Positions 28,454-36,551 of a stretch of DNA of 37,666 bases are shown here, one piece after another. Location of the stretch: positions 2,541,158-2,578,823 of the forward strand of contig CP070739.1 in the NCBI GenBank assembly GCA_020347705.1, written 5' to 3'. The DNA is from Methanomassiliicoccales archaeon. Its GTDB lineage: Archaea > Thermoplasmatota > Thermoplasmata > GCA-020350865. The notes beneath the pieces are model-generated. The model had not been told where the DNA came from. It ran no database searches and saw only the letters and a program-made list of their open reading frames with translations. The translations under genes were made by a program, and so were the position numbers. The first letter of the stretch is position 1. Every line of letters begins with the position of its first letter.

Positions 28454-29170
28454 ATGGGCGACCCGAAATTCAGCAGGAGAAAATACGATACGCCCTCGCA
28501 TCCTTGGCAGGGGGAGAGAATCAAGGAGGAGAATGAGCTTTTAAAAAAATATGGGCTGAAAAATAAACGTGAACTTTGGAAGGCACAATCCATGCTCAGG
28601 AATTATCGGAGACAGGGAAGAAACGTATTGGCTAGACTCCGGTACGGTGATGTGCAGGCAGAAAAGGAGAGAAAAGGTTTACTTACGAAGCTCGCTAACC
28701 TTGGGTTGCTACCAGATGACGCATCATTGGACGATGTATTGGGCCTGGAACTGGAACGGATATTGGAACGAAGGCTGCAAACCCTGGTTTATATGAAAGG
28801 TCTTGCATATACACCTTCCCAAGCGAGACAGCTCATCGTTCACGGGCATACCGTTGTTAATGATCGAAAGGTCACTGTACCGGGATATTTAGTTAAGAGA
28901 AACGAAGAGCCGACCATCTCTTACAATCCATACTCACCAATAGCAAATGAATTGCATCCGATAAGACCTACACCCGAACATGTAGAAAGAGTGACAAGAG
29001 AGTTCTCTGGGCAGAAAGACGCTTTGGTAGAGGAAGAGAAGATGGTAGATACTCCCAAGGATAAGGGTGAGGAAAAAGTGGTAAAAGAAACAGGACCTAA
29101 ACCTAAGGACGAGGAGAAAACAGGTAGGAAAAAAGAAAGTGATAAAACCGCCGCAGGAGGTGCCACCTAA
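28454..29170 (+). CDS. rps4: 30S ribosomal protein uS4 with charged C-terminal extension
   Basis: MGDPK...[32 protein letters not shown]. Confidence 0.97.
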   Translation: MGDPKFSRRKYDTPSHPWQGERIKEENELLKKYGLKNKRELWKAQSMLRNYRRQGRNVLARLRYGDVQAEKERKGLLTKLANLGLLPDDASLDDVLGLELERILERRLQTLVYMKGLAYTPSQARQLIVHGHTVVNDRKVTVPGYLVKRNEEPTISYNPYSPIANELHPIRPTPEHVERVTREFSGQKDALVEEEKMVDTPKDKGEEKVVKETGPKPKDEEKTGRKKESDKTAAGGAT

Positions 29171-29553
29171 TGGGAAAGCGCGGTATTGCCCATATCCATG
29201 CCTCATTCAATAATATAATCATCACCATAACCGATTTAACAGGGGCCGAGACCATCACCCGTTGCTCAGGGGGAATGGTTGTAAAGGCCGCAAAGGATGA
29301 AGCTTCCCCTTATGCTGCAATGAAAGCCGCGGAAAAAGCCGCAGACGCTGCAAAAGAGAAGGGGATAGATACCATACACATTAAAATAAGAGCTCCTGGG
29401 GGTAATAAATCCACCTCCCCAGGCCCGGGTGCACAGGCCGCGATAAGGGCCTTGGCAAGGGCCGGAATTCGAATCGGCCGTATAGAGGATGTCACCCCGA
29501 TTCCACATAATGGAACGAAAAAGAAAGGTGGACGGAGAGGCAGAAGGGTCTAA
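29170..29553 (+). CDS. rps11: 30S ribosomal protein uS11
   Basis: [44 protein letters not shown]; TAATG stop/start overlap with rps4. Confidence 0.97.
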   Translation: MGKRGIAHIHASFNNIIITITDLTGAETITRCSGGMVVKAAKDEASPYAAMKAAEKAADAAKEKGIDTIHIKIRAPGGNKSTSPGPGAQAAIRALARAGIRIGRIEDVTPIPHNGTKKKGGRRGRRV

Positions 29554-29633
29554 AGCTGTAGATGGCTCGCACGAATCAATATTAGCATTTATGATAGAAA
29601 ATTCAACGATTTATAAAACAGAAGGGGATTGAT

Positions 29634-30521
29634 ATGGAACTCGAAATTTTAGAATTGACGGATACAAAAGCAAAGTTCATCGTCTCCGAAATATCACCTC
29701 CAGCTATCAATGCACTGAGAAGGACGTTGATTGCGGATGTCCCAAAGATGGCCATCGATAATGTGGAATTTCACCTTGGTCCCATCAGAAACGAGCACGG
29801 GAAGGAATATGAAAGTATCACTCCATTATTCGATGAGATCATTGCCCACAGACTTGGAATGGTTCCCATTCCCACTGATCTTGATTTATTCGTATTCAGA
29901 GATGATTGCGTTTGCAAAGGAGAGGGATGCCCGAATTGTACCATCATGTACTCCCTCAATAAAAAGGGCCCGTCAGAGGACGATAAGAAGGAAAATCTTA
30001 CCGTATATTCCGATGAATTGCAGCTTGTGGTCCAAAAGGTTGAAGGAGTTTCCGAGAAAAAATATGCTGAAAAGTTCCAAATCAATAAAAAAATACCTCT
30101 TGTTAGGTTGAACAAGAGCCAGGCATTATTACTATATGCCACAGCTGAATTGGGCAGGGGAAACGACCATGCAAAATGGCAGGTAGCACAGGCGGTGGGT
30201 TACCAGTATTATCCAATCATAAATATCGATAAAAAGAAATGTGACAGCGGTGGCTCATGTGTGGAAAGCTGCCCCAAAAATGTACTTGAGCAAAAGAAAA
30301 AGGAAATCATTGTTGCTAATCTGGAGAATTGTAATATGTGTGGAACTTGCGAAGAGGTGTGTTCCCTTGGGGCTGTCAAAGTTGATGGCGACGATTCAAA
30401 GTTCATTTTCCAATTCGAAACCGATGGGGCGCTCTCCGCAAAAGAGGCTATAACCCGGGCACTGGTCATTTTGGAGGATGAGTTCGAGGAATTGCGTGAT
30501 CTGGCAGGCAAACTAAAATAA
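29634..30521 (+). CDS. rpoD: DNA-directed RNA polymerase subunit D (Rpo3) with ferredoxin-like FeS domain
   Basis: NALRRTLIADVP, DEIIAHRLGMVP, HAKW, CVESCP...CNMCGTCEEVC, FETDGAL; canonical operon position. Confidence 0.96.
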   Translation: MELEILELTDTKAKFIVSEISPPAINALRRTLIADVPKMAIDNVEFHLGPIRNEHGKEYESITPLFDEIIAHRLGMVPIPTDLDLFVFRDDCVCKGEGCPNCTIMYSLNKKGPSEDDKKENLTVYSDELQLVVQKVEGVSEKKYAEKFQINKKIPLVRLNKSQALLLYATAELGRGNDHAKWQVAQAVGYQYYPIINIDKKKCDSGGSCVESCPKNVLEQKKKEIIVANLENCNMCGTCEEVCSLGAVKVDGDDSKFIFQFETDGALSAKEAITRALVILEDEFEELRDLAGKLK

Positions 30522-30632
30522 CCTCCACCTTTTTTTAATCCTCAGCAGGTTCTCGCATACGATATCGATTCATCTGCTTTTTTAAAAGACGGGCATCGTA
30601 AATTCTATCTGCTTTTAAGTGATACGTATTGC

Positions 30633-30691
30633 GCCACGATGAAGAAGAACGCTAATCTGAAAGATGATGAGTGATGGGCGATCTGAGTGGC
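30633..30691 (+). ncRNA. box C/D 2'-O-methylation guide sRNA
   Basis: Terminal stem GCCAC/GTGGC; box C ATGAAGA 30639-30645; 11-nt guide; D' CTGA 30657-30660; C' ATGATGA 30664-30670; 12-nt guide; D CTGA 30683-30686. Confidence 0.88.
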
Positions 30692-30784
30692 AACCTCAGG
30701 TTATTCAACGACCTTGACTAAGCGAGTCTCTCTTCCATATTACCGAAATTCATTAATACAATCTTATCGGTATACTCGCTGATA

Positions 30785-31711
30785 TTGATGGCAAGGCTAG
30801 AGGGCGTTGAATTTCTTTCTTTAGATAAAACCGAAGACCAACTCGTTTTAGTGGTATTCGCTTGCCTTATCATTTCCTTTTTTTTCGGCCTTCAGCCCGG
30901 AGGATTGTACGCCATTTTGTGGGCGGCCACAGGTCTGGCAGCCCTAATCTGCATATATTTCGCCTTTCCCCATATGTGGCAGTCCGGGCTGCTTTTATAT
31001 GCTAGCTACGGAATCTCTGCCTTCGGGGTGATTTTTATCGTCTTTTGGTATGACTTGGTGATGTTATTTGGGATTTCCATCCCCTTGTTGATCGGGTTTT
31101 TTTTTATTGCATCTGCATTTTATATAGCTTTCCACATCATTCAAAATATCAAGAAGGTTAGAGATGCGTCAGTAAAGAAAGATGGTTATCCTACCCTGGG
31201 TTTTTGGAGTATAGGGGTATTTTCCTTCGTCATTTTTTCGATTCTGTCCATCCTAGGTTGGGCATTATGGGCCGACTCGGGTGGAGGGGGGATTCGATTC
31301 TACCAAATCTTTGAGCCAGTGATCGCATTCCTGCTGGTTTATACTCTATGGCTTCCGGACAGAAATATCGACTGGAGCGGCGAAAAACTGCCAGAATCAA
31401 CGGCCGCGAAGTTCATTACCGATAAATCCAAGGCCATAAGGAAAAAGGTTGTAATGACGAAAAAGATCTGCCCCGAGTGTGGCTCGAAGTTAAGGATTGA
31501 GAAAAAGATATGTCCATCCTGCAACAACACCCAGAAATTCGGTTGGTGTGTGACTTCCGAAGCTTATGTCCTACCCTGTACCAAATGCGGGAGCATGTCC
31601 CTTTATGGGAAGGAAAAATGCAGCCAGTGCCAAAATCAACTCTTTGATAAAGTTGTATGCAGTGCCTGCCAAAAGGCATTTCCAATAAAGGAATGGATTG
31701 TTGAAACCTGA
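30785..31711 (+). CDS. membrane protein (about 6 TM) with C-terminal multi-CxxC zinc-ribbon domain
   Basis: Hydrophobic N-terminal two-thirds; CPEC, CPSC, CTKC, CSQC, CSAC. Confidence 0.8.
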   Translation: MMARLEGVEFLSLDKTEDQLVLVVFACLIISFFFGLQPGGLYAILWAATGLAALICIYFAFPHMWQSGLLLYASYGISAFGVIFIVFWYDLVMLFGISIPLLIGFFFIASAFYIAFHIIQNIKKVRDASVKKDGYPTLGFWSIGVFSFVIFSILSILGWALWADSGGGGIRFYQIFEPVIAFLLVYTLWLPDRNIDWSGEKLPESTAAKFITDKSKAIRKKVVMTKKICPECGSKLRIEKKICPSCNNTQKFGWCVTSEAYVLPCTKCGSMSLYGKEKCSQCQNQLFDKVVCSACQKAFPIKEWIVET

Positions 31712-31727
31712 TTTCACCACAAATGGG

Positions 31728-32618
31728 CTATATTTTTTTAATTCTACCCAACACAGGTTCGTATATCAGTCCTTTATCCAGGAGGGAATTTGTGGCTTCC
31801 TCGATTTGCATTTTGTTCATGCCCTTCTTCTCGGCTTTTTCGACGATCTCTTCCCAAGATGCTCCCTTTACATTCGTGTCTAGGGCCTCTATTATCTCCA
31901 TGAATAAATTCTCGTTCTCCAAATTGCCCTCGGGGCTCTCAGGCTCTTCTTGCCCCTCTGCCTCGGTGATTTTTTCGCTTTTGATGTCTTGATATTCTGG
32001 TAGAAGGCATTTGAGGGCGTCCTGCAACATGCCGTTGAACCTCGCAATATCGATGTAATCGTAGTGCTCGATTGCCGAAAGGATCCCCTCTGCATTATTC
32101 CGACTTGCACCAAGAGAGATTATATTCTCAACCTCAGGTTTTTCCATCCGGAGGGCTTCGCCCATGATATCCAGTCTTTTTTGGAGATTCCGGCATGCAT
32201 CCATAATCCAGTAATCACGTATCTGTGAGTTGACCTCCTTGACGGTCTCAGGTCTTATGGAAACATATATCACACCTTCTTCCGGGGAGTAGGTGCGGCT
32301 TTTACCGATTACAGCAACGAACTTAGGGGGTTTGATCTTGGACAGCACCTGCGCAGCCTCGGGTTGGTACTGGCCTGCGGAGATATAGAAAACACCTGTG
32401 GGATCGGCGAGTCTCGCTCTCCACATAGGTTCGGTATCGGTCCCAATATTTTCCACGTCGGTTATGACGCCCACGACCAAAAGTCGGTTGATCTTCGCAC
32501 CTAAAGGGGTTATAACATAACTTGGAGCTCTTTCTTCCGCACTTATTTCGATATGTGTGGAGGAGTTATACTCACCTGCAAAAATCCGCCAAGCAGTCTC
32601 CCTGGTGATCATTTTCAT
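31728..32618 (-). CDS. RPA small subunit / RPA-associated protein (OB fold plus C-terminal wHTH)
   Basis: RETAWRIFAGE, TPLGAKINRLLVVG, DPTG, YQPEA, SIRPE, LLDKGLIYEP; overlaps the large-subunit stop. Confidence 0.85.
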   Translation of the reverse strand: MKMITRETAWRIFAGEYNSSTHIEISAEERAPSYVITPLGAKINRLLVVGVITDVENIGTDTEPMWRARLADPTGVFYISAGQYQPEAAQVLSKIKPPKFVAVIGKSRTYSPEEGVIYVSIRPETVKEVNSQIRDYWIMDACRNLQKRLDIMGEALRMEKPEVENIISLGASRNNAEGILSAIEHYDYIDIARFNGMLQDALKCLLPEYQDIKSEKITEAEGQEEPESPEGNLENENLFMEIIEALDTNVKGASWEEIVEKAEKKGMNKMQIEEATNSLLDKGLIYEPVLGRIKKI

Positions 32619-33937
32619 CCCTCCAGCTTCTCGAGCATTGCTTGTGCCTCTGCTTGTACGTCGATGCTCATCAATTGCGCGTCCTTCGAAATTAACATTA
32701 TGCCAAAATCATCTGAGGTGGCATCCCCGGTGATTCTGATAGGCGTGGCAATGAGCAATTTTTTAAGCTCGTCCTCTATCACACTGTGATCCATGGCATC
32801 CTTGGCCATTTTCCTGCATTCATCCACGTCCTTGCCAAGTAACTTTTCGGTAATCTCCCTTCCCATAACGGCAGTCAGGGCCCCTGTTCCGTCATCCAGC
32901 ACCGCTTTGATCCTCAAATCCGCTTTTCCCTCCACCTCGCCGTGGATTCTGCACACTCCTTTTTGAAGCACACGTTTGCATTCAGGACATCTGAATATCA
33001 GCCCACTTCCGCATCTAACATCTATTATTATCCCCTCAACGTCCACGTCAATTGCCCCGCCCCTTTCCATTAATTCCTCTATACTGTGAACCTCCCTCTC
33101 TGCCAGTTCTTTTAATGGAGGCAGTTCATCCTTTTCCAGAACCTCAACCTTGGCCCTTTCGTCGAAACTGAACTGAGGAATACCGCGCCAGGTTTTAACA
33201 TAACCTCCTTCTATCCTGATCACCATTCCCTCCTTCATTTTGAAGTCATGCCATGCAGAGAACTGGACCTTTCCTGTCTTATCTGCCATAACTCCAGAGA
33301 AGACCTTTTTCTCCTCACCACCTACATTTACTGTACGTGATTCCACAAAAAGCACTCTGGCAGTAAGTGATACATTGCTGATTCCTCCCCTAAGGTCCTT
33401 AACCTCAAAACTCTTGGGATTCGAAAAGGAGGGGGCTACGAACTTCGGCAGCGCATCCTTCGGCTCCAGTTTTATCGTCGTCCTTTCACCGAAATTAATT
33501 TGAGGTTGGCCTTTCCATTCTTTTGTGTACGCATTGTGAACTCTGATAACATCCCCTTTCTGGAACTGCCAATCGGAAACCTCCCAGGCCGTGAATGACA
33601 CACTGGCGGTTTGATCCCCTAAGATGCCATACACTATCGGTTTCTTCTCTCCACCCACGTCCACCTCTTTGTGGTTTACAGCTATCAACCTGCATAGTAA
33701 ATCGACACTTGACTCGTTTGGAGCAAGCTGTTCTATCGTCTTTGAAACACCTAGCCCAAGTTCAGATGGTGTGCCGCCGTACTTTTTAACAAGCATCTGC
33801 TTGGCCGTGCCAAGTGGTATTCTGTATTCTGTCAAATACTGTCTCAGCTCCTTCTCTATATCTTCACTATCGATCTTATCTTTCAGCACCCGTGCAATGT
33901 CTTCTACATGGGGTGCGATTTCTTCATTTCTCATCAT
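32615..33937 (-). CDS. rpa: replication protein A large subunit (multiple OB folds plus Zn finger)
   Basis: GILGDQTASVSFTAW, GVMADKTGKVQFSAW, RCPECKRVL...CRIHG, DLRIKAVLDDGTG. Confidence 0.9.
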   Translation of the reverse strand: MMRNEEIAPHVEDIARVLKDKIDSEDIEKELRQYLTEYRIPLGTAKQMLVKKYGGTPSELGLGVSKTIEQLAPNESSVDLLCRLIAVNHKEVDVGGEKKPIVYGILGDQTASVSFTAWEVSDWQFQKGDVIRVHNAYTKEWKGQPQINFGERTTIKLEPKDALPKFVAPSFSNPKSFEVKDLRGGISNVSLTARVLFVESRTVNVGGEEKKVFSGVMADKTGKVQFSAWHDFKMKEGMVIRIEGGYVKTWRGIPQFSFDERAKVEVLEKDELPPLKELAEREVHSIEELMERGGAIDVDVEGIIIDVRCGSGLIFRCPECKRVLQKGVCRIHGEVEGKADLRIKAVLDDGTGALTAVMGREITEKLLGKDVDECRKMAKDAMDHSVIEDELKKLLIATPIRITGDATSDDFGIMLISKDAQLMSIDVQAEAQAMLEKLEG

Positions 33938-34146
33938 TTGGATTCCTCCTTATCTTTATAGGAATTGTCAGAGAACCTGAATGCTGTATCCGTTTATATA
34001 ATTGAGGGAGAGGGGTGAGTGAAAGGATTGGCTCCGCAAATTCATATAAGATAATCATACCAGAAATATTCTTATACCAAAAATCTATATCATATAATTG
34101 TATCAAAATCGCAACAAATACACGTTTTAGGTTGGAATGTGTTTCA

Positions 34147-34905
34147 ATGAAAAAAAACGAATACAAACGTCTATGTGAACAGCTGAATAGCCAAGAGGAT
34201 GTACCACGTATCGCCCAAAAAACAGGTTTGGACAGGGAGTTGATTCTGGTTCTCTATACCCAAAAAACGGTTCGAAGGGCCACGAAAAGGTTCTACAAGG
34301 TCAAGCACAGAGCCAAGAACCTTCTTAAAAAATGGAATGAGGGCAGAACTTTCTTGAGACTCTCGAAGGAACTGGAATTCCCTCCCATTCTCACGGCGTA
34401 TCTCATACTTCTGGAGAGCAACATCACCAGAAAACGATTTTGGGATTACGTAAAAAACCCTGATAACATCAAGGACAACCGCCTGAGAAAGGAGATTACA
34501 GAGGTGGTAAAAAACGATATTGTGTACTCGCCTGAAGGAAACCAGATGCAGTATACACGGGGGAAGAGCGGCGAGAAGCGGCTTTGTGAGTGGCTGGATA
34601 GGCAGGACCTAAAATATCGAACCGAGGATCAATTGAAAGGCCATTACCAAAAAACTCCGGATGCACTTTTAAGTAAACCCATTAAAACCAACGGCATGAA
34701 CATTCACTGGATTGAATCAAAGGCCAGCTTTGGAGATGAAATCGAAATTCGAAAGAACATGAAAAGACAGCTTAAGGCCTACACCGAACTTTTCGGGGAG
34801 GGCATGGTGGTCTATTGGTTCGGTTTCATCGAAGGAGTGCATTTGCCTAAAAACGTGCTTATAGTTGATGGTAGCTTTTTTGAGAAGAATCTTGATGCAA
34901 CCTGA
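34147..34905 (+). CDS. TPD-motif PD-(D/E)xK nuclease-like protein (CDIN1/C15orf41 family)
   Basis: G..GE..L, TEDQL, KTPDALL, HWIESKASFG, QL..Y..LFG.GMVVYWFG; start moved to ATG at 34147. Confidence 0.82.
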   Translation: MKKNEYKRLCEQLNSQEDVPRIAQKTGLDRELILVLYTQKTVRRATKRFYKVKHRAKNLLKKWNEGRTFLRLSKELEFPPILTAYLILLESNITRKRFWDYVKNPDNIKDNRLRKEITEVVKNDIVYSPEGNQMQYTRGKSGEKRLCEWLDRQDLKYRTEDQLKGHYQKTPDALLSKPIKTNGMNIHWIESKASFGDEIEIRKNMKRQLKAYTELFGEGMVVYWFGFIEGVHLPKNVLIVDGSFFEKNLDAT

Positions 34906-34981
34906 AAGGACAATATTTTACATTCAATTTTCCAATAAGTATATTGGGTCTCATGTCGAGTCCCACCTGTCCAATATCAAA

Positions 34982-35101
34982 TCACGATCCGATACGCTTC
35001 CAGCCATTGTAATGCGCCTCAACAGTTTCAGATGCCAAATGGTTCAAGGCCTCAAAAGCCGTAAGAAGTACATAACCTCTGTCCTTGGGGACAATGAACA
35101 T
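34982..35101 (-). CDS. unannotated 39-aa small protein MFIVPKDRGYVLLTAFEALNHLASETVEAHYNGWKRIGS
   Basis: Perfect SD GGAGGTGA (35116-35109) 7 nt before ATG; below the ORF-track length cutoff. Confidence 0.6.
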   Translation of the reverse strand: MFIVPKDRGYVLLTAFEALNHLASETVEAHYNGWKRIGS

Positions 35102-35369
35102 ACTTTTTTCACCTCCTACCGTTTTTCTTCTATGTAGGCAAAAAGTTACTATGGAAGGAAACCCTATTAATCCTGAGGCTTGGAGGGGAATGAAAGTAAA
35201 GGGCCCAAAACGAAAGCTGGCATATCGAGGAATCTGTAAAAGTGCAGATCATAAACTGCTTCACCTATTCATTCTTGTCTAATCATTAACATATCCATGG
35301 CCTTAATTTTTTTTACAATTCAAAAAATGTTCTAAAACCGTTAAGTAGTAGATGCAGCATTAAGACATA

Positions 35370-35483
35370 GTCAACGCACTTCGCAGTATCCTACCCAACC
35401 TCTTACTGCGTGAAGTGAATAATAAGCGGCGTGGGCAAAACTCGCACCTACTTGAAGACCAATAAGTTTTCAAGTAGGTTTTT
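35370..35483 (+). ncRNA. candidate three-hairpin small RNA (last hairpin may be only a terminator)
   Basis: BRE/TATA-like AAAACCG-TTAAGTA at 35334-35347; hairpins 35377-35417, 35431-35445 and 35446-35479 (14 bp) then a T run; G-U pairs favour the + strand. Confidence 0.5.
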
Positions 35484-35489
35484 ATTATT

Positions 35490-36173
35490 TCACAACTTCC
35501 TCAACCTCTTTTTTGCCATATCCCAAGCATAATCGTAGAGGTGCAGGCCTTTACTTGAGGCTATGATCTCTCCGTCTTCAACTCCGATTTCTTTTGCCAT
35601 CCATTCCTTGACCATTTGCAGTGCGGCCAGATTGGACGGAAAACCGGCCCAGAGATCCCATGATCTGAAATATAGCATGAAATGCAGTTTGCCGTACCTA
35701 ATCCTCGTATCCACTCCTCTCAGACACTGCGGGTCGTTTAATAGAAGGGAATCTGCATTTCCCACGGCCATGTAGGCCTGATTGGTGCCGAAACCGTCCT
35801 TCTTGTACATCTCGATAACTCTCGGGATCTGCCTCTCCAGATCTTCGCCATAGGTGTAGTCTTCCTCTGGACTTTTTATCGAGGTGATGATCTTCTCCAG
35901 ATACTTCTCGACATACTCCATGGAGGACGGTGGAGGAACGCCCAGGCCCTCTGGGATGTCAGGAACCAAGGGCTTGACAAAAGGGTGCGTTATTTGGACA
36001 GTTATGTAATCGAATTCGAGCCGCCTCTGGCCCTCATAGCTTCCCCTGTCGATTGTGTATTCGTGCCCGCTTTCAAATATCTTGGTTAAGCATTGATACC
36101 ATGCATCGGGGAGGCTGAAGGCCTTGATATGCACGAATTTAAGCTCATCTTTTTCTCTCTCTTTCTCACTCAT
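35490..36173 (-). CDS. thyA: thymidylate synthase (archaeal-type ThyA)
   Basis: YTYG, PQCLR (catalytic Cys), YFRSWDLWAGFPSN, GLHLY. Confidence 0.88.
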   Translation of the reverse strand: MSEKEREKDELKFVHIKAFSLPDAWYQCLTKIFESGHEYTIDRGSYEGQRRLEFDYITVQITHPFVKPLVPDIPEGLGVPPPSSMEYVEKYLEKIITSIKSPEEDYTYGEDLERQIPRVIEMYKKDGFGTNQAYMAVGNADSLLLNDPQCLRGVDTRIRYGKLHFMLYFRSWDLWAGFPSNLAALQMVKEWMAKEIGVEDGEIIASSKGLHLYDYAWDMAKKRLRKL

Positions 36174-36295
36174 GAATTTTCCGTATAAGTGTGTATTGAT
36201 TTGTAATTTGTGGTTTTACTGAGACGGACGTCCATAAAAAATCAACAGCAATTGACTTAAACAACCTTGTCTATTAGGGTTATCGCCTTCTTTTA

Positions 36296-36379
36296 GCGAG
36301 GGTAGCTAAGCTTGGTCAACGGCGCAGGATTGAGGGTCCTGTCCATAGAGGTTCTTGGGTTCAAATCCCAACCCTCGCA
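36296..36379 (+). tRNA. tRNA-Leu(GAG), CCA not encoded
   Basis: GCGAGGG/CCCTCGC-A acceptor; anticodon arm CAGGA-TTGAGGG-TCCTG; long variable arm; GGTTCAAATCC. Confidence 0.95.
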
Positions 36380-36533
36380 TCGTATTAAATTTTTATATAG
36401 TCAAAGATGCGAGGGTTTCGTGTTTGAGTTATGCTGGGACGTTGCTATGTCTTAAACTCAAACACCTAACACTTGGTTCCAATTAAATCTGTCAAACTCG
36501 GTCACCCAAAAAAGCTGTTTGTCCGAGTTATGT
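36367..36533 (+). repeat. tRNA-Leu-linked ~98-bp module plus a degenerate second unit
   Basis: 12-bp perfect IR 36370-36381 / 36406-36417; hairpin 36420-36465; degenerate direct copy of the tRNA end 36465-36488 (17/24); GAGTTATG recurs at +99. Confidence 0.7.
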
Positions 36534-36551
36534 TATTATTCAACCTAAATC

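Noticed and set aside
30646-30656. D' guide pairing with the anticodon arm of tRNA-Pro in this window
   Set aside because: Only 8 bp, with a G-U next to the predicted site; compatible with chance.
34880-34984. Selenocysteine read-through of the small ORF's TGA
   Set aside because: The frame stays open for a while, but there is no redox motif or SECIS and it runs antisense into the nuclease gene.
34865-35282. Plus-strand 90-aa and 65-aa ORFs
   Set aside because: Weak starts, no recognisable motifs, and they overlap the better-supported minus-strand small ORF.
36464-36533. Integron attC-like site (ACCTAAC...GTTATGT, 70 bp)
   Set aside because: R boxes fit loosely, but the L' position (GCTGTTT) is not complementary to L'' (GTTCCAAT). 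No cassette ORF or integrase is present, and the tRNA-end repeat explains the sequence better.
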